This document shows, one piece after another, positions 17,750-26,372 of a DNA stretch of 64,000 nucleotides. The notes under the pieces were generated by a model that searched no databases, was not told where the DNA came from, and saw only the letters and a list, made by a program, of their open reading frames with translations. Numbering within the stretch: the first letter of the stretch is position 1; every line of letters begins with the position of its first letter. The stretch covers positions 3,910 through 67,909 of the forward strand of contig JAFCGM010000001.1 in assembly GCA_017608025.1 (NCBI GenBank), in the 5' to 3' direction. This stretch comes from Candidatus Pacearchaeota archaeon. GTDB taxonomy: Archaea > Nanobdellota > Nanobdellia > UBA10117 > JABICX01. Made by a program: the position numbers and the translations under genes.

Positions 17750-18880
17750 ATGAAAGTGCTTCAAATAACACATATGTCTGCTTCATTAATACATAAGGAC
17801 TATAATGATGCAGTTATTAGAAGTTGGAATTCTAAAGTGGCTCAAAAATTAAAGAAATATAATCCAGAAATTGATGTTGAATGTTGGGCTCAAGAAAGAA
17901 AGTTAAAGAGAGAAAGAACTTTTTCTAAAAATAAAATTAAATACCGCGTTTTTCCAACCACATTTTCACTAAAATTTTCATTTGAATTTTCTATTCCTTT
18001 GCTAAAAGCTTTGAGAAAAGAGAAAAAAGCAATACTTCATTTGCATGGATGCTACACTTTGCTGACTTATTTGATATGCTTGCTTTATGGGAAAAGGCAG
18101 CCCATTGTGATTCAGAATCATGGGGACAGGCATCCTTTAGGTCATTTTAAAAGATATCCTTGGTTGAAGCTTCTTTTTCCTGTTCTTTGGATTTTTGAGC
18201 AGTTTGCAAAATTTTGCTTAAAAAGAGCAGACGTGTTCTTTGTAAACTCAAAAAAAGAGAAAGATTTTTTGAGGTCGGTTACTAATGCCAAAGTTGAAAT
18301 TCAGGGAATGGGAGTATCTGACGAACTTTTTCCAAAAATCTCAAAGAAAAAAGCGAAAAAAGAATTGGGACTTAAGAAGAAGACCATTCTTTTTGTTGGA
18401 ACTCTGAAAAAGAATAAAGGAGCGCATCATTTAATTAAAGCAATGGAAGGAATAAATGCAGAACTTGTGATTGCTGGAAAAGGAAGTTATGAGCAAGAAC
18501 TTAAAAAAACAGCAAAAAAATATTTTCCAAATACAAAATTTCCAGGATATATACAGGGTAGAAAAAAGAAGCTTTATTTGTCTGCTGCAGATGTTTTTGT
18601 TCTTCCTTCATATACAGAAGGCAGACCTGTTTCAGTAATGGAAGCACTTTCTTACAAAATTCCTGTGGTTGCTACAAATGCAGGAGGAATTCCTAAGTTA
18701 GTTAACGAGGGAAAAAACGGATTTTTGATTCCAGTTAAAAATGAGAAAATTCTTTCAAAAAAAATTCAAAAAGCACTAAATTATGATTTCAGGGATTTTT
18801 CTGGAAACTTCAGATGGAAAAAAATTATTGAAAACACTATAAATCATTATAAAATAGTTTATAAATCTTATTTTGGATAA
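17750..18880 (+). CDS. GT4-family (GT-B) glycosyltransferase
   Basis: EGRPVSVMEALSYKIPVVATNAGGIPKLV, the E(x)7E region typical of GT4. Confidence 0.8.
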   Translation: MKVLQITHMSASLIHKDYNDAVIRSWNSKVAQKLKKYNPEIDVECWAQERKLKRERTFSKNKIKYRVFPTTFSLKFSFEFSIPLLKALRKEKKAILHLHGCYTLLTYLICLLYGKRQPIVIQNHGDRHPLGHFKRYPWLKLLFPVLWIFEQFAKFCLKRADVFFVNSKKEKDFLRSVTNAKVEIQGMGVSDELFPKISKKKAKKELGLKKKTILFVGTLKKNKGAHHLIKAMEGINAELVIAGKGSYEQELKKTAKKYFPNTKFPGYIQGRKKKLYLSAADVFVLPSYTEGRPVSVMEALSYKIPVVATNAGGIPKLVNEGKNGFLIPVKNEKILSKKIQKALNYDFRDFSGNFRWKKIIENTINHYKIVYKSYFG

Positions 18881-18886
18881 TAAACC

Positions 18887-19813
18887 ATGAAATATTTAGT
18901 AACTGGCGGAGCAGGATTTATTGGAAGTCATTTAGTTGATGCTTTGTTGTCAGAAGAACACGAAGTTATTGTTATTGATGATTATTCTTTTGGAAATGAA
19001 GAGAATCTTATTCAACATAAGTCAAATAAAAATCTTCGTATTTACAGAAAAAGCGTATGTGATGATTTAAAAGCGATTTTTGAAAATAATAAATTTGATG
19101 CAGTATTTCATTTAGCAGCAAATCCGCAAGTTCAGTATACAATAAAAAATCCCATTGAGACTCATAAAGTAAATGTGGATGGAACTTTGAATGTTCTTAA
19201 TATGTGCAGAAAATATAATGTTAAGAAATTTATTTTTTCTTCAAGTGCTGCAGTTTATGGAGATTCTGAGGAAATGCCTTTGTTTGAAAATCAAAAGTTA
19301 AATCCGCTTTCTCCATATGCTCTTCACAAAATTATTTGCGAGCAATACTGCAATCTCTTTTATAAATTATATGGAGTTGAAACAATTTGCTTGAGGTATT
19401 TTAATGTTTATGGAAAGCGACAGGATCCAAACAATCCGTATTCAGGAGTTATTTCAAAATTCATTAAAAAACTGAAAAATTCAGAAGACATTGAGATTTA
19501 TGGCAATGGAAAACAGAAAAGAGATTTTGTTCATGTTTTAGATGTTGTTAATGCAAATATTGCAGCTTTAAAATGTGAGAATCTAGAATGTTTTGGAAAT
19601 GTGTTTAATATTGGTACAGGAAAGGAAGTTTCAATTAATGAACTTTCAGAAATTTTAATGAATAAAATACATTCTAATTCAAAAATTATTCATTCTAAAC
19701 CAGTTATTGAGCCGAAACATTCAAGAGCAGATATTTCAAAAGCAAAAAAGCTTTTGAACTGGGAGCCAAAAGTTACTTTTGAAGAAGGAATTTCTGAGCT
19801 TATTTTATCATAA
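18887..19813 (+). CDS. NAD-dependent sugar epimerase/dehydratase (GalE-like)
   Basis: VTGGAGFIGSHLVDAL Rossmann motif and YALHK (YxxxK) catalytic motif. Confidence 0.8.
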   Translation: MKYLVTGGAGFIGSHLVDALLSEEHEVIVIDDYSFGNEENLIQHKSNKNLRIYRKSVCDDLKAIFENNKFDAVFHLAANPQVQYTIKNPIETHKVNVDGTLNVLNMCRKYNVKKFIFSSSAAVYGDSEEMPLFENQKLNPLSPYALHKIICEQYCNLFYKLYGVETICLRYFNVYGKRQDPNNPYSGVISKFIKKLKNSEDIEIYGNGKQKRDFVHVLDVVNANIAALKCENLECFGNVFNIGTGKEVSINELSEILMNKIHSNSKIIHSKPVIEPKHSRADISKAKKLLNWEPKVTFEEGISELILS

Positions 19814-20320
19814 TGGAACTGCGGCAGTAGGATTTTGCATTTCTGGGTTTTGTGGTTGGGCTTGCAGAGTTGGATTTGCTTGTTCTCCAAGAAGAATCTT
19901 TCTTATTTTCTTATGAGAGGCAAGAGATATGGCATTAAAAACAGGCAGTTTCTTTTTCTTTTTTATTTTGAATTTGAAGTAATATGCAACAGGCCCCACT
20001 TTTGAAAAGGCATAAAAAAACCAAAGGATTGTGAAAATTGGAATAAGGTCGCCAAAAGGAATCAGTTCAGATGCTATTCCACCAATCATAAGCCAGGCAG
20101 GAACAATTGGGAACATTGAGCCCTGGATTCCTCCATTTTTTAGAAAAGGAATCATTGGAAAGCCATAAGCAAGGGGAGCCCAAATAATGTCTAAAAAATC
20201 AAGTGCTACTCCAACACCAAAAAAATATAAAAGTGTTTGGCTCATGCTTATTAAATCACATACTAATGCTAAAGGAAGTAACCAAACCATTCTCCAGAAA
20301 TAGTGATTGTATCCAGCCAT
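19808..20320 (-). CDS. hypothetical membrane protein
   Basis: 170 aa with several hydrophobic helices and a basic KKKKK loop. Converges on, and overlaps, the epimerase gene end. Confidence 0.45.
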   Translation of the reverse strand: MAGYNHYFWRMVWLLPLALVCDLISMSQTLLYFFGVGVALDFLDIIWAPLAYGFPMIPFLKNGGIQGSMFPIVPAWLMIGGIASELIPFGDLIPIFTILWFFYAFSKVGPVAYYFKFKIKKKKKLPVFNAISLASHKKIRKILLGEQANPTLQAQPQNPEMQNPTAAVPL

Positions 20321-20416
20321 TGTTTTAATTTGTATTTCATTTATTATAAAGATATTCTTGACTATTTATCAGTTATAAAATATTTTAATAAATAATCAAA
20401 TCTTTTGATAATTAAA

Positions 20417-20851
20417 ATGGAAGGCAAAAGAACAAGTCGAGACATTCCTTTGAATGAGCTTACATTGAGGAAATATGAATCTCCAAAAGGAATAGAGAAA
20501 AAAGAGCTTTGCAGGAAAATTCTGCTTTCTCTGGGCCTTCTGCAGCCAGGAGAGTCAAGAGACATAATTGCTGAAATTTTCTACTTGCTTTCAAAAACAA
20601 ATTCGAGCTTAAGTGTTGAAATGATAGCAAAGAATCTTAAAGGCAAGCAGGGAGCTTCAGAGCCGAATATTCGAAGGCAAATTAGGAGATTAAGAGATAT
20701 GAAGCTTATTGAGAAGCATGAGCAAGGGTATCGGTTAATTGAAAACGGTTCAATTGAAAGTTCAATTAAGAATTATATAATTCCTTTCCTGATACAGCCA
20801 AGCACTGAAAGGTTGTTAGATTATGCAAGAGAATTAGACAAATATAGATAA
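20417..20851 (+). CDS. putative winged-helix transcriptional regulator
   Basis: Small protein with an HTH-like LSVEMIAKNLKGKQGASEPNIRRQIRRLRDMKLIEK segment. ATG at 20417. Confidence 0.4.
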   Translation: MEGKRTSRDIPLNELTLRKYESPKGIEKKELCRKILLSLGLLQPGESRDIIAEIFYLLSKTNSSLSVEMIAKNLKGKQGASEPNIRRQIRRLRDMKLIEKHEQGYRLIENGSIESSIKNYIIPFLIQPSTERLLDYARELDKYR

Positions 20852-20868
20852 TAAAAAAAGAAGGGAAA

Positions 20869-21012
20869 TTACTTTCCCATAATTCTGTACATTCCAGTAC
20901 CGCATTTAGGGCATTTACCTTTCATGGCTTTTCTGCCATTTTTCATGGTAACTTCTTTTGCATCAGACATTTGTCTTTTTGCTTTACATTTAACACAATA
21001 AGCTTCTACCAT
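20869..21012 (-). CDS. small zinc-ribbon protein (DUF5679-like)
   Basis: MVEAYCVKCKAKRQM...GKCPKCGTGMYRI, with CxxC...CxxC. ATG at 21012 preferred over the longer track ORF. Confidence 0.5.
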   Translation of the reverse strand: MVEAYCVKCKAKRQMSDAKEVTMKNGRKAMKGKCPKCGTGMYRIMGK

Positions 21013-21105
21013 TAAATTCACCTTGTAATTTAAAGAAGATAAGCATATATAACTATATTGTTTCAACTAAATAGAGATATAAAATAAGAATTTTAAAAAA
21101 AGACA

Positions 21106-21393
21106 TTAAAGTGTCTTATTTATCTGCCTGAAAAGTTCAGATACTGCTTCACCCTTGTTAGTTAGGCCGACTAATTTTAATCGCCCCTTTTTCTGGAAAT
21201 TAATTAAGTTTGCTTTTTCCATTTTCTGCAAAAGATGAACAGTGTGACTATAAGTGCATTTTGACTCTTTTGCAAGCAAAGAAGGGTATTGTGTTTTTGT
21301 TGTGTTCAAAAGGCATAAAAGCAATGCGATTGGTTTTTCCCTTAAAAATAGGTTAGATACATTTTCTTGTTCCCTTTGTTTTTCTACTAACAT
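21106..21393 (-). CDS. putative winged-helix (ArsR/MarR-like) regulator
   Basis: 95 aa with an HTH-like SLLAKESKCTYSHTVHLLQKMEKANLI segment. Confidence 0.4.
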   Translation of the reverse strand: MLVEKQREQENVSNLFLREKPIALLLCLLNTTKTQYPSLLAKESKCTYSHTVHLLQKMEKANLINFQKKGRLKLVGLTNKGEAVSELFRQINKTL

Positions 21394-21434
21394 TATAACA
21401 CCTCAATTATTGTATTTAATATATATATCAAAAA

Positions 21435-22232
21435 CTATATATATGTTTCGGAAAAGTTGTCTCTCTTTGTTAGTAACTCTTTAATTACATTTGAAGCCAG
21501 GGTTTGCGAAATTTGCTGTTTATCAAGGCACGGAAAGAATTCTACAATGTCGCAACCTATAATTCTCTTGAATTCCGGCCAAGTAGTGAATTTTTTAAAA
21601 TCCTTTAGAAAAAAGCCGTTTTTTTCTGGATATGCGGTTGCAACTGCCACTGATTGGTCAAAAAAGTCAATATCTACTGAAATATACAGGTTTCTGGCTT
21701 TTTTAATGAATTTTTCAATTTTTGAGGTAATTTTATGCTTTTTTTCTGATGCAAATGCAACTTTGATTTTGTTTTTTTGTATAAATTCCTCTTCTTTTTT
21801 CCAGTATTTTCTTGCTCCTACAATTAAAATATTGCTTGGTTTTATGATTTTCTCGTTCACTATTGCTTTTATTACATCTTCGTGAGAAGGCGGAATAAAG
21901 TCATCTTCAGCGTCAAGATGAGCGTCAAAATAGAGAAGAGAAATATCTTCAAAAACTTTTTTAGCTCCCTGCAATAAACCATATGTTACAGAATGGTCCC
22001 CGCCAAGGCTGATTACAAAGTTTCCCTTTGAAAATTCATTAAAAGCTGCTTTGGAAATGTTTTCTTGAGTTTCTTCAAAATTATATGTATTTACTTTTAC
22101 ATTTACTTTTCTTAATTTTGGAAATTTTTTAGAAAGAAGTTCAGGAGCTTTTGATGCTCCTTTTCTTTTCAAGTTTGCGCCATCAAAAGGAATTTTAAGT
22201 ATAACTTCCTTATTTTTTGGATTTTTCTTCAT
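21435..22232 (-). CDS. arginase-family ureohydrolase (agmatinase-like)
   Basis: Metal-binding GGDHSVTYG, FDAHLDA and SVDIDFFD motifs. ATG at 22232. Confidence 0.7.
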   Translation of the reverse strand: MKKNPKNKEVILKIPFDGANLKRKGASKAPELLSKKFPKLRKVNVKVNTYNFEETQENISKAAFNEFSKGNFVISLGGDHSVTYGLLQGAKKVFEDISLLYFDAHLDAEDDFIPPSHEDVIKAIVNEKIIKPSNILIVGARKYWKKEEEFIQKNKIKVAFASEKKHKITSKIEKFIKKARNLYISVDIDFFDQSVAVATAYPEKNGFFLKDFKKFTTWPEFKRIIGCDIVEFFPCLDKQQISQTLASNVIKELLTKRDNFSETYI

Positions 22233-22638
22233 CTTTTTCAACAAACTTAGGCATTTGCATTGGTGTTGGCAACCTTAATCTTTCACTTATTTCAAATGCT
22301 GTTTTGTAGCTGAGGGAAAGAGCGTGGTTCATTACTGAAATTATTTTTTTTGTATTTATTTTTTTGTTCTTTTTCCACTCTTTTTCAATTTTTTCAAGCT
22401 CTTTATGCTTCTTATCTTCGTAAAAAACAGTCCCTTTGAGTTCTATTTTGCTTGTTTTGTTATATGTTATTATAAAATTAAAGCTTATTTCAAGAATATC
22501 TTCATCTTTTTCAAATATAACTGCTTTTTTCTTTTCTATGTTGATTATTTCAAGATTTTTTGTAATTCTTATTTCTTTTGTTCCAAGATTTTTTCTTACT
22601 GCATTTATTTCATTAATTTGACTTCCAATTATTGCCAT
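22210..22638 (-). CDS. hypothetical protein
   Basis: 142-aa ORF with an ATG start. No recognised motif. Confidence 0.4.
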   Translation of the reverse strand: MAIIGSQINEINAVRKNLGTKEIRITKNLEIINIEKKKAVIFEKDEDILEISFNFIITYNKTSKIELKGTVFYEDKKHKELEKIEKEWKKNKKINTKKIISVMNHALSLSYKTAFEISERLRLPTPMQMPKFVEKDEEKSKK

Positions 22639-22685
22639 TTTTAAACCTCTTTTTTTAATCTAAAACCTTAAGTTTAAAAATTATT

Positions 22686-23816
22686 CTATTTTTTTGTTTT
22701 AAGTTTTTTAAGGACAGTAAAATAAAATATTGCATAGACTAGTAATATAAAACCAACAATTCCAATAACAAGGTATTTTAGCCAAGTTCCAGTGATTTTG
22801 TTTGAAATGCTCTTTAGCTCTTCCTGACATCGCGAGTCTATGCATTTTCCGCTTATGCATTCATAATTTTCTACACAAGGAACTGATTCTGCCTTTTGAA
22901 GGGTCCAAACATAGCCATTGCAAAAATAAGGCACAGCGTTATTTCTTGTTGTGTCTCCTTTTAAATAGCATTTTTTGTCAAAATCCTCTTTAATTTCAAC
23001 TTTTTCACCTTTAGCTTTTACAGTTAGTTCTTCAATATTTTTGATTTCAGTAATATTGGAAACAAATATGCACTCTTTTATTTTTATAGAGGGAAAAGCG
23101 TAGCAATAATCTGATGTTGAATCATTTCCATCATTACAGTTAGTATGTTTTATGCATTTGTTGTCTGGATGGCAGTCAAGGTCCTGAAGAGGATCTTCTT
23201 TGTTGTGCGTTAAAAAGCACCCATTTGGGCAAGTGTTATCGTGATTTATGCATTCAGTTATTATTTCATGAAAACATATATACTCTTTACAATAGTCTTT
23301 TGTTTCTACAATAGAGTCATTGCACATGCTGTTATTATAACATTCATAATCTGGACAATCGTTGTCTTTTTCATATCTGCAACCAGCTGGGCAGCAATTG
23401 TCATTGTCTTTACATTCTGTTATATTAAAATACTGACATTCTCTTTCTTGATTTCCAACACAGAAGTCAATTGTGCATGTGTTACTGTCATTGCAATCTG
23501 AATTTAAAGTGCATTCATTTTCCCATATTGTTCTCAAATAAAGTTCAGCAACACTACTTTTAAAACCAGGGTCATAGACAGAATCAATTACTTTTATGTA
23601 TAATCCTTCAATTGTGCCATTATTATTTATTTCATGATAAAGCCCATCTTCAAATCTTATTCTTACAGAGTTGTTTCCAGTTACTGCAGCAAGAGTTATT
23701 GTCCAGGAATCAAGAGTTCTAGACTGCCCTTGATAGAGAGTTACTGTTTCTGATGAAGCTGTTACAGGAAGAATTAGAATAAATGCAAACAAAATAAGCA
23801 GATATTTTTTGTTCAT
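22686..23816 (-). CDS. secreted, cysteine-rich, C-terminally membrane-anchored surface protein
   Basis: Signal peptide MNKKYLLILFAFILILPVTASS. Many C-x-D/N-x-C repeats. C-terminal TM helix plus a KKLKTKK tail. Ends in TAG. Confidence 0.6.
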   Translation of the reverse strand: MNKKYLLILFAFILILPVTASSETVTLYQGQSRTLDSWTITLAAVTGNNSVRIRFEDGLYHEINNNGTIEGLYIKVIDSVYDPGFKSSVAELYLRTIWENECTLNSDCNDSNTCTIDFCVGNQERECQYFNITECKDNDNCCPAGCRYEKDNDCPDYECYNNSMCNDSIVETKDYCKEYICFHEIITECINHDNTCPNGCFLTHNKEDPLQDLDCHPDNKCIKHTNCNDGNDSTSDYCYAFPSIKIKECIFVSNITEIKNIEELTVKAKGEKVEIKEDFDKKCYLKGDTTRNNAVPYFCNGYVWTLQKAESVPCVENYECISGKCIDSRCQEELKSISNKITGTWLKYLVIGIVGFILLVYAIFYFTVLKKLKTKK

Positions 23817-23852
23817 GTAATATTATCTGTTCTTTTTAATATATACTTTTTC

Positions 23853-23940
23853 ACTGCCTTTTTCAAAAAAAGGCAAGGTGCTAAAAAGCCCTTTTGGAAA
23901 AAGCGCAAGCAGAAAAACAGGTTAATCTCGCTTCGCGAAA
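23853..23940. repeat. left arm of an inverted repeat flanking the PAP2 gene (carries a 41-nt module insertion)
   Basis: actgcctttttcaaaaaaaggcaaggtgctaaaaa ... cgcttcgcgaaa is the reverse complement of 24722-24773, apart from an A-run length difference and the inserted 23888-23928. Confidence 0.85.
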
Positions 23941-23962
23941 AATCGTTTTTTTATTTGTTTTT

Positions 23963-24598
23963 TCAGATATATACTTTTTCCAATCTGCTTACAATAAATA
24001 TTGATATTGCTCCAAGTAAGAATCCAGCAAGAATGTCAATGAAATAATGCTGTTTTATTAAAATTGCAGAGGCGGAGAAGAGCAAAGCAAACAACAGAAT
24101 AATTATTCTTATTGTTAGTTGAGCTGTTTTGCTTGACATTATCTTTGCAAGAAATTCCTTTTTTGAGCTATACCAAAAGATAATCAAAGACCACGCAGCG
24201 TGCAGTGAGGGAAATACATTGTAAGGTGAGTCAAAAGACCTGAGCATTACAACTATTTGCGAAAATATGTCTGTTGTTTCAATTGGCGGCTTTATCATTT
24301 TCACTGGGAAAAATATGTAAAAGAAAATTGCAATAGACATTGAGAGAATTAAAGCAGAAATGTATTTTCTGGCATTTTTTTCAGAATACATAAACAAAAG
24401 AATTGCAGTAAGAACAAGGAACAAGTGGTAAAGAAAATATCCTATGCTAAAGGGAGCAATAAAAGGAATTAAGTTATCAATTTTCATGTTAAAAATGATA
24501 GCTTGCTTTAAAGGAAGAAACGAATTCATGAGAAGATAAAGAACAGGTATTAATAATCCTAGAATAATGAAATTTTTGTTTTCTTTTAAGATTTTCAT
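23963..24598 (-). CDS. PAP2-superfamily membrane phosphatase / phosphotransferase
   Basis: Polytopic membrane protein with SFPSLHAAWS and KQHYFIDILAG (PAP2 C2/C3-like motifs). Confidence 0.6.
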   Translation of the reverse strand: MKILKENKNFIILGLLIPVLYLLMNSFLPLKQAIIFNMKIDNLIPFIAPFSIGYFLYHLFLVLTAILLFMYSEKNARKYISALILSMSIAIFFYIFFPVKMIKPPIETTDIFSQIVVMLRSFDSPYNVFPSLHAAWSLIIFWYSSKKEFLAKIMSSKTAQLTIRIIILLFALLFSASAILIKQHYFIDILAGFLLGAISIFIVSRLEKVYI

Positions 24599-24721
24599 GG
24601 TTTAATTAAAAGATTAAATAGCCCTGCTCAGATTTGGAACGGAATTCCTTTTCAAAAAGGTCTGAACAAGTTCAGGCGCGAATTGGAACAAAAAGTTCGC
24701 TTCTTCCAACCTTAAGTAACA

Positions 24722-24773
24722 TTTCGCGAAGCGAATTTTTAGCACCTTGCCTTTTTTTTTTGAAAAAGGCAGT
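24722..24773. repeat. right arm of the inverted repeat; also the hairpin/T-run directly 3-prime of tRNA-Gln
   Basis: tttcgcgaagcgaatttttagcaccttgccttttttttttgaaaaaggcagt. It contains the GCCTTTTT...AAAAAGGC hairpin. Confidence 0.85.
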
Positions 24774-24775
24774 AA

Positions 24776-24848
24776 TAGCCCCGCCAGGATTTGAACCTGA
24801 GTCACGAGGTCCAGGGCCTCGTATGATTGGCCACTACACTACAGGGCT
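24776..24848 (-). tRNA. tRNA-Gln (anticodon CUG)
   Basis: Reverse complement is AGCCCTGTAGTGTAGTGGCCAATCATACGAGGCCCTGGACCTCGTGACTCAGGTTCAAATCCTGGCGGGGCTA. 7-bp acceptor stem, archaeal Gln-type D arm, anticodon loop CCCUGGA, GTTCAAATC T-loop. Confidence 0.8.
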
Positions 24849-24912
24849 ATTGTTTATATGTAGATTAAAATCAAAAATTAGTTTTTAAGTGTTGCTATTT
24901 GTTTTAGTTTAG

Positions 24913-25221
24913 TTAAAAATTAGGCATTATTACATACTGGGCGTGAGGCACTTTTTCAAAATAGATTATGTTCTTTTCTTTGACAAGGCCAAGTTCAACT
25001 GCTGCTTTTACTGTGTTTTTTCCAATAAGGTTTCCTGCTGAGCAGTTTTGCATAATTTTCTTAAGATTTTCAGAATTTGTTTCTTTTGAATTGTAAAAGC
25101 GCGGATTTACAAAAAACTCACATTCTTCTCCTTTTAGGGTCTTACCCACAATTTCAGAATCTGCTGCTGCAAGCAATGTTGTTTGCTTGCTTTCATGAAT
25201 TTTGTAAACTATTCTTTTCAT
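24913..25221 (-). CDS. DUF424-family conserved archaeal protein
   Basis: MKRIVYKIHESKQTTLLAAADSEIVGK...NLIGKNTV pattern. ATGA overlap with the aIF2-beta stop. Confidence 0.5.
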   Translation of the reverse strand: MKRIVYKIHESKQTTLLAAADSEIVGKTLKGEECEFFVNPRFYNSKETNSENLKKIMQNCSAGNLIGKNTVKAAVELGLVKEKNIIYFEKVPHAQYVIMPNF

Positions 25222-25637
25222 TTTATTGTGCGCACAGAGCTGCGAGCTCCGCAAGCTTCGCATTGCTTGAAAGTAATTCCCTGTTCTTTTTTAAGGAAAG
25301 TGTCTGGCTTTTTACACTGCTCGCAAAGCACAAATTCCTTTATGTACTTTTCAAGCTTTTTGTTGAGCATTTCTCCTGAAAATTTTCCAATGAACACATA
25401 ATTGTTGTTTTCTTCAAATCCAGTTGTTGCAAGTTCTTTAAGCATGAATTTTATTATATGCTCTTTTTTTCTTCTAAGTGTTTTTGCAATTTGAGAAATG
25501 TTTTTTATTATTGTTTTTTTTCCTTGAATTCTTCCATGGAAGCTTGGAATTTCAAATCTTTTTTTAGAGATTGTTATTTCTGGAAGTTCTTTGTATGCTT
25601 TGTCAAGCATTTGCTTGTAAGTGTGCTTGAATGCCAT
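25218..25637 (-). CDS. translation initiation factor aIF2 subunit beta
   Basis: C-terminal zinc ribbon CEQCKKPDT...CEACGA. Length and layout are typical of aIF2-beta. Confidence 0.8.
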   Translation of the reverse strand: MAFKHTYKQMLDKAYKELPEITISKKRFEIPSFHGRIQGKKTIIKNISQIAKTLRRKKEHIIKFMLKELATTGFEENNNYVFIGKFSGEMLNKKLEKYIKEFVLCEQCKKPDTFLKKEQGITFKQCEACGARSSVRTIK

Positions 25638-25671
25638 GTTTAATTAATTAAAGATGGCTTTATAACTCTTT

Positions 25672-26364
25672 TTAATCCAAAACCTTGAGATGCTTTTTTG
25701 TTGGTTCGAACAAATCACCTGATTTTAATAAGCCCACAATTAGGTTCTTTGCCGATTCTTCGTCAAGCCCAGACTTTTTGATTATAAGTTCAAGAGGTGC
25801 GCCTTCGCCAGAATCATTTTCTTTAATTATTTTAAGTATTTTTTCTGGCATGTTTTCGTCTTCTTCTTTTTTTTCCTCACTGATTTTTATTTTTTCCACA
25901 GATTCTGTTTTGCTTTCACTATTTTTTTCATTTTCTTGTGTTTCAACTTGTTGAGTTTCTGATTCTGCAAACATTTTTCTAGTTTTAAGAGCATGCACAA
26001 TCATCCAGTTTTTGTCTTTGAGAGGAAAGATAATTTCTGGCACAAGATAGCGTTCTTCATTATATTCTTTTATTTTTCCGACAAAACGAACAACATCGCC
26101 TTTGTTTGCTTTTTCAATTACTGCAACTTCTGGACCAAAGGCCTTTGCACGTATTGTGTCTGTTGAATCATCAAAAGTTATTGCAGCGTAGTTTCCATCA
26201 GCTGAAACATACTTTCCAACAATTGAAGCAACAAGATTCACTCGGGAGATTTTTTTTCCATTTGCTTCAATGTAGTTCGGTTCAAAGCCTTCTTGCTTTA
26301 CATATTTGCTAGAGTTTATTATTTTTATTGTTGTTTTGTATGCAATTTGCCTTTTTATTGCCAT
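25672..26364 (-). CDS. RPA-like OB-fold ssDNA-binding protein with acidic linker and C-terminal winged-helix-like tail
   Basis: OB-fold-like ISRVNLVASIVGKYVSADGNYAAITFDDSTDTIRAKAFG. Immediately downstream of mcm. ATG at 26364. Confidence 0.55.
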   Translation of the reverse strand: MAIKRQIAYKTTIKIINSSKYVKQEGFEPNYIEANGKKISRVNLVASIVGKYVSADGNYAAITFDDSTDTIRAKAFGPEVAVIEKANKGDVVRFVGKIKEYNEERYLVPEIIFPLKDKNWMIVHALKTRKMFAESETQQVETQENEKNSESKTESVEKIKISEEKKEEDENMPEKILKIIKENDSGEGAPLELIIKKSGLDEESAKNLIVGLLKSGDLFEPTKKHLKVLD

Positions 26365-26372
26365 TTTTATCC

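Noticed and set aside
24614-24888. ORFs 24614-24805 (-) and 24634-24888 (+)
   Set aside because: They overlap tRNA-Gln and the repeat or hairpin modules, so they are spurious.
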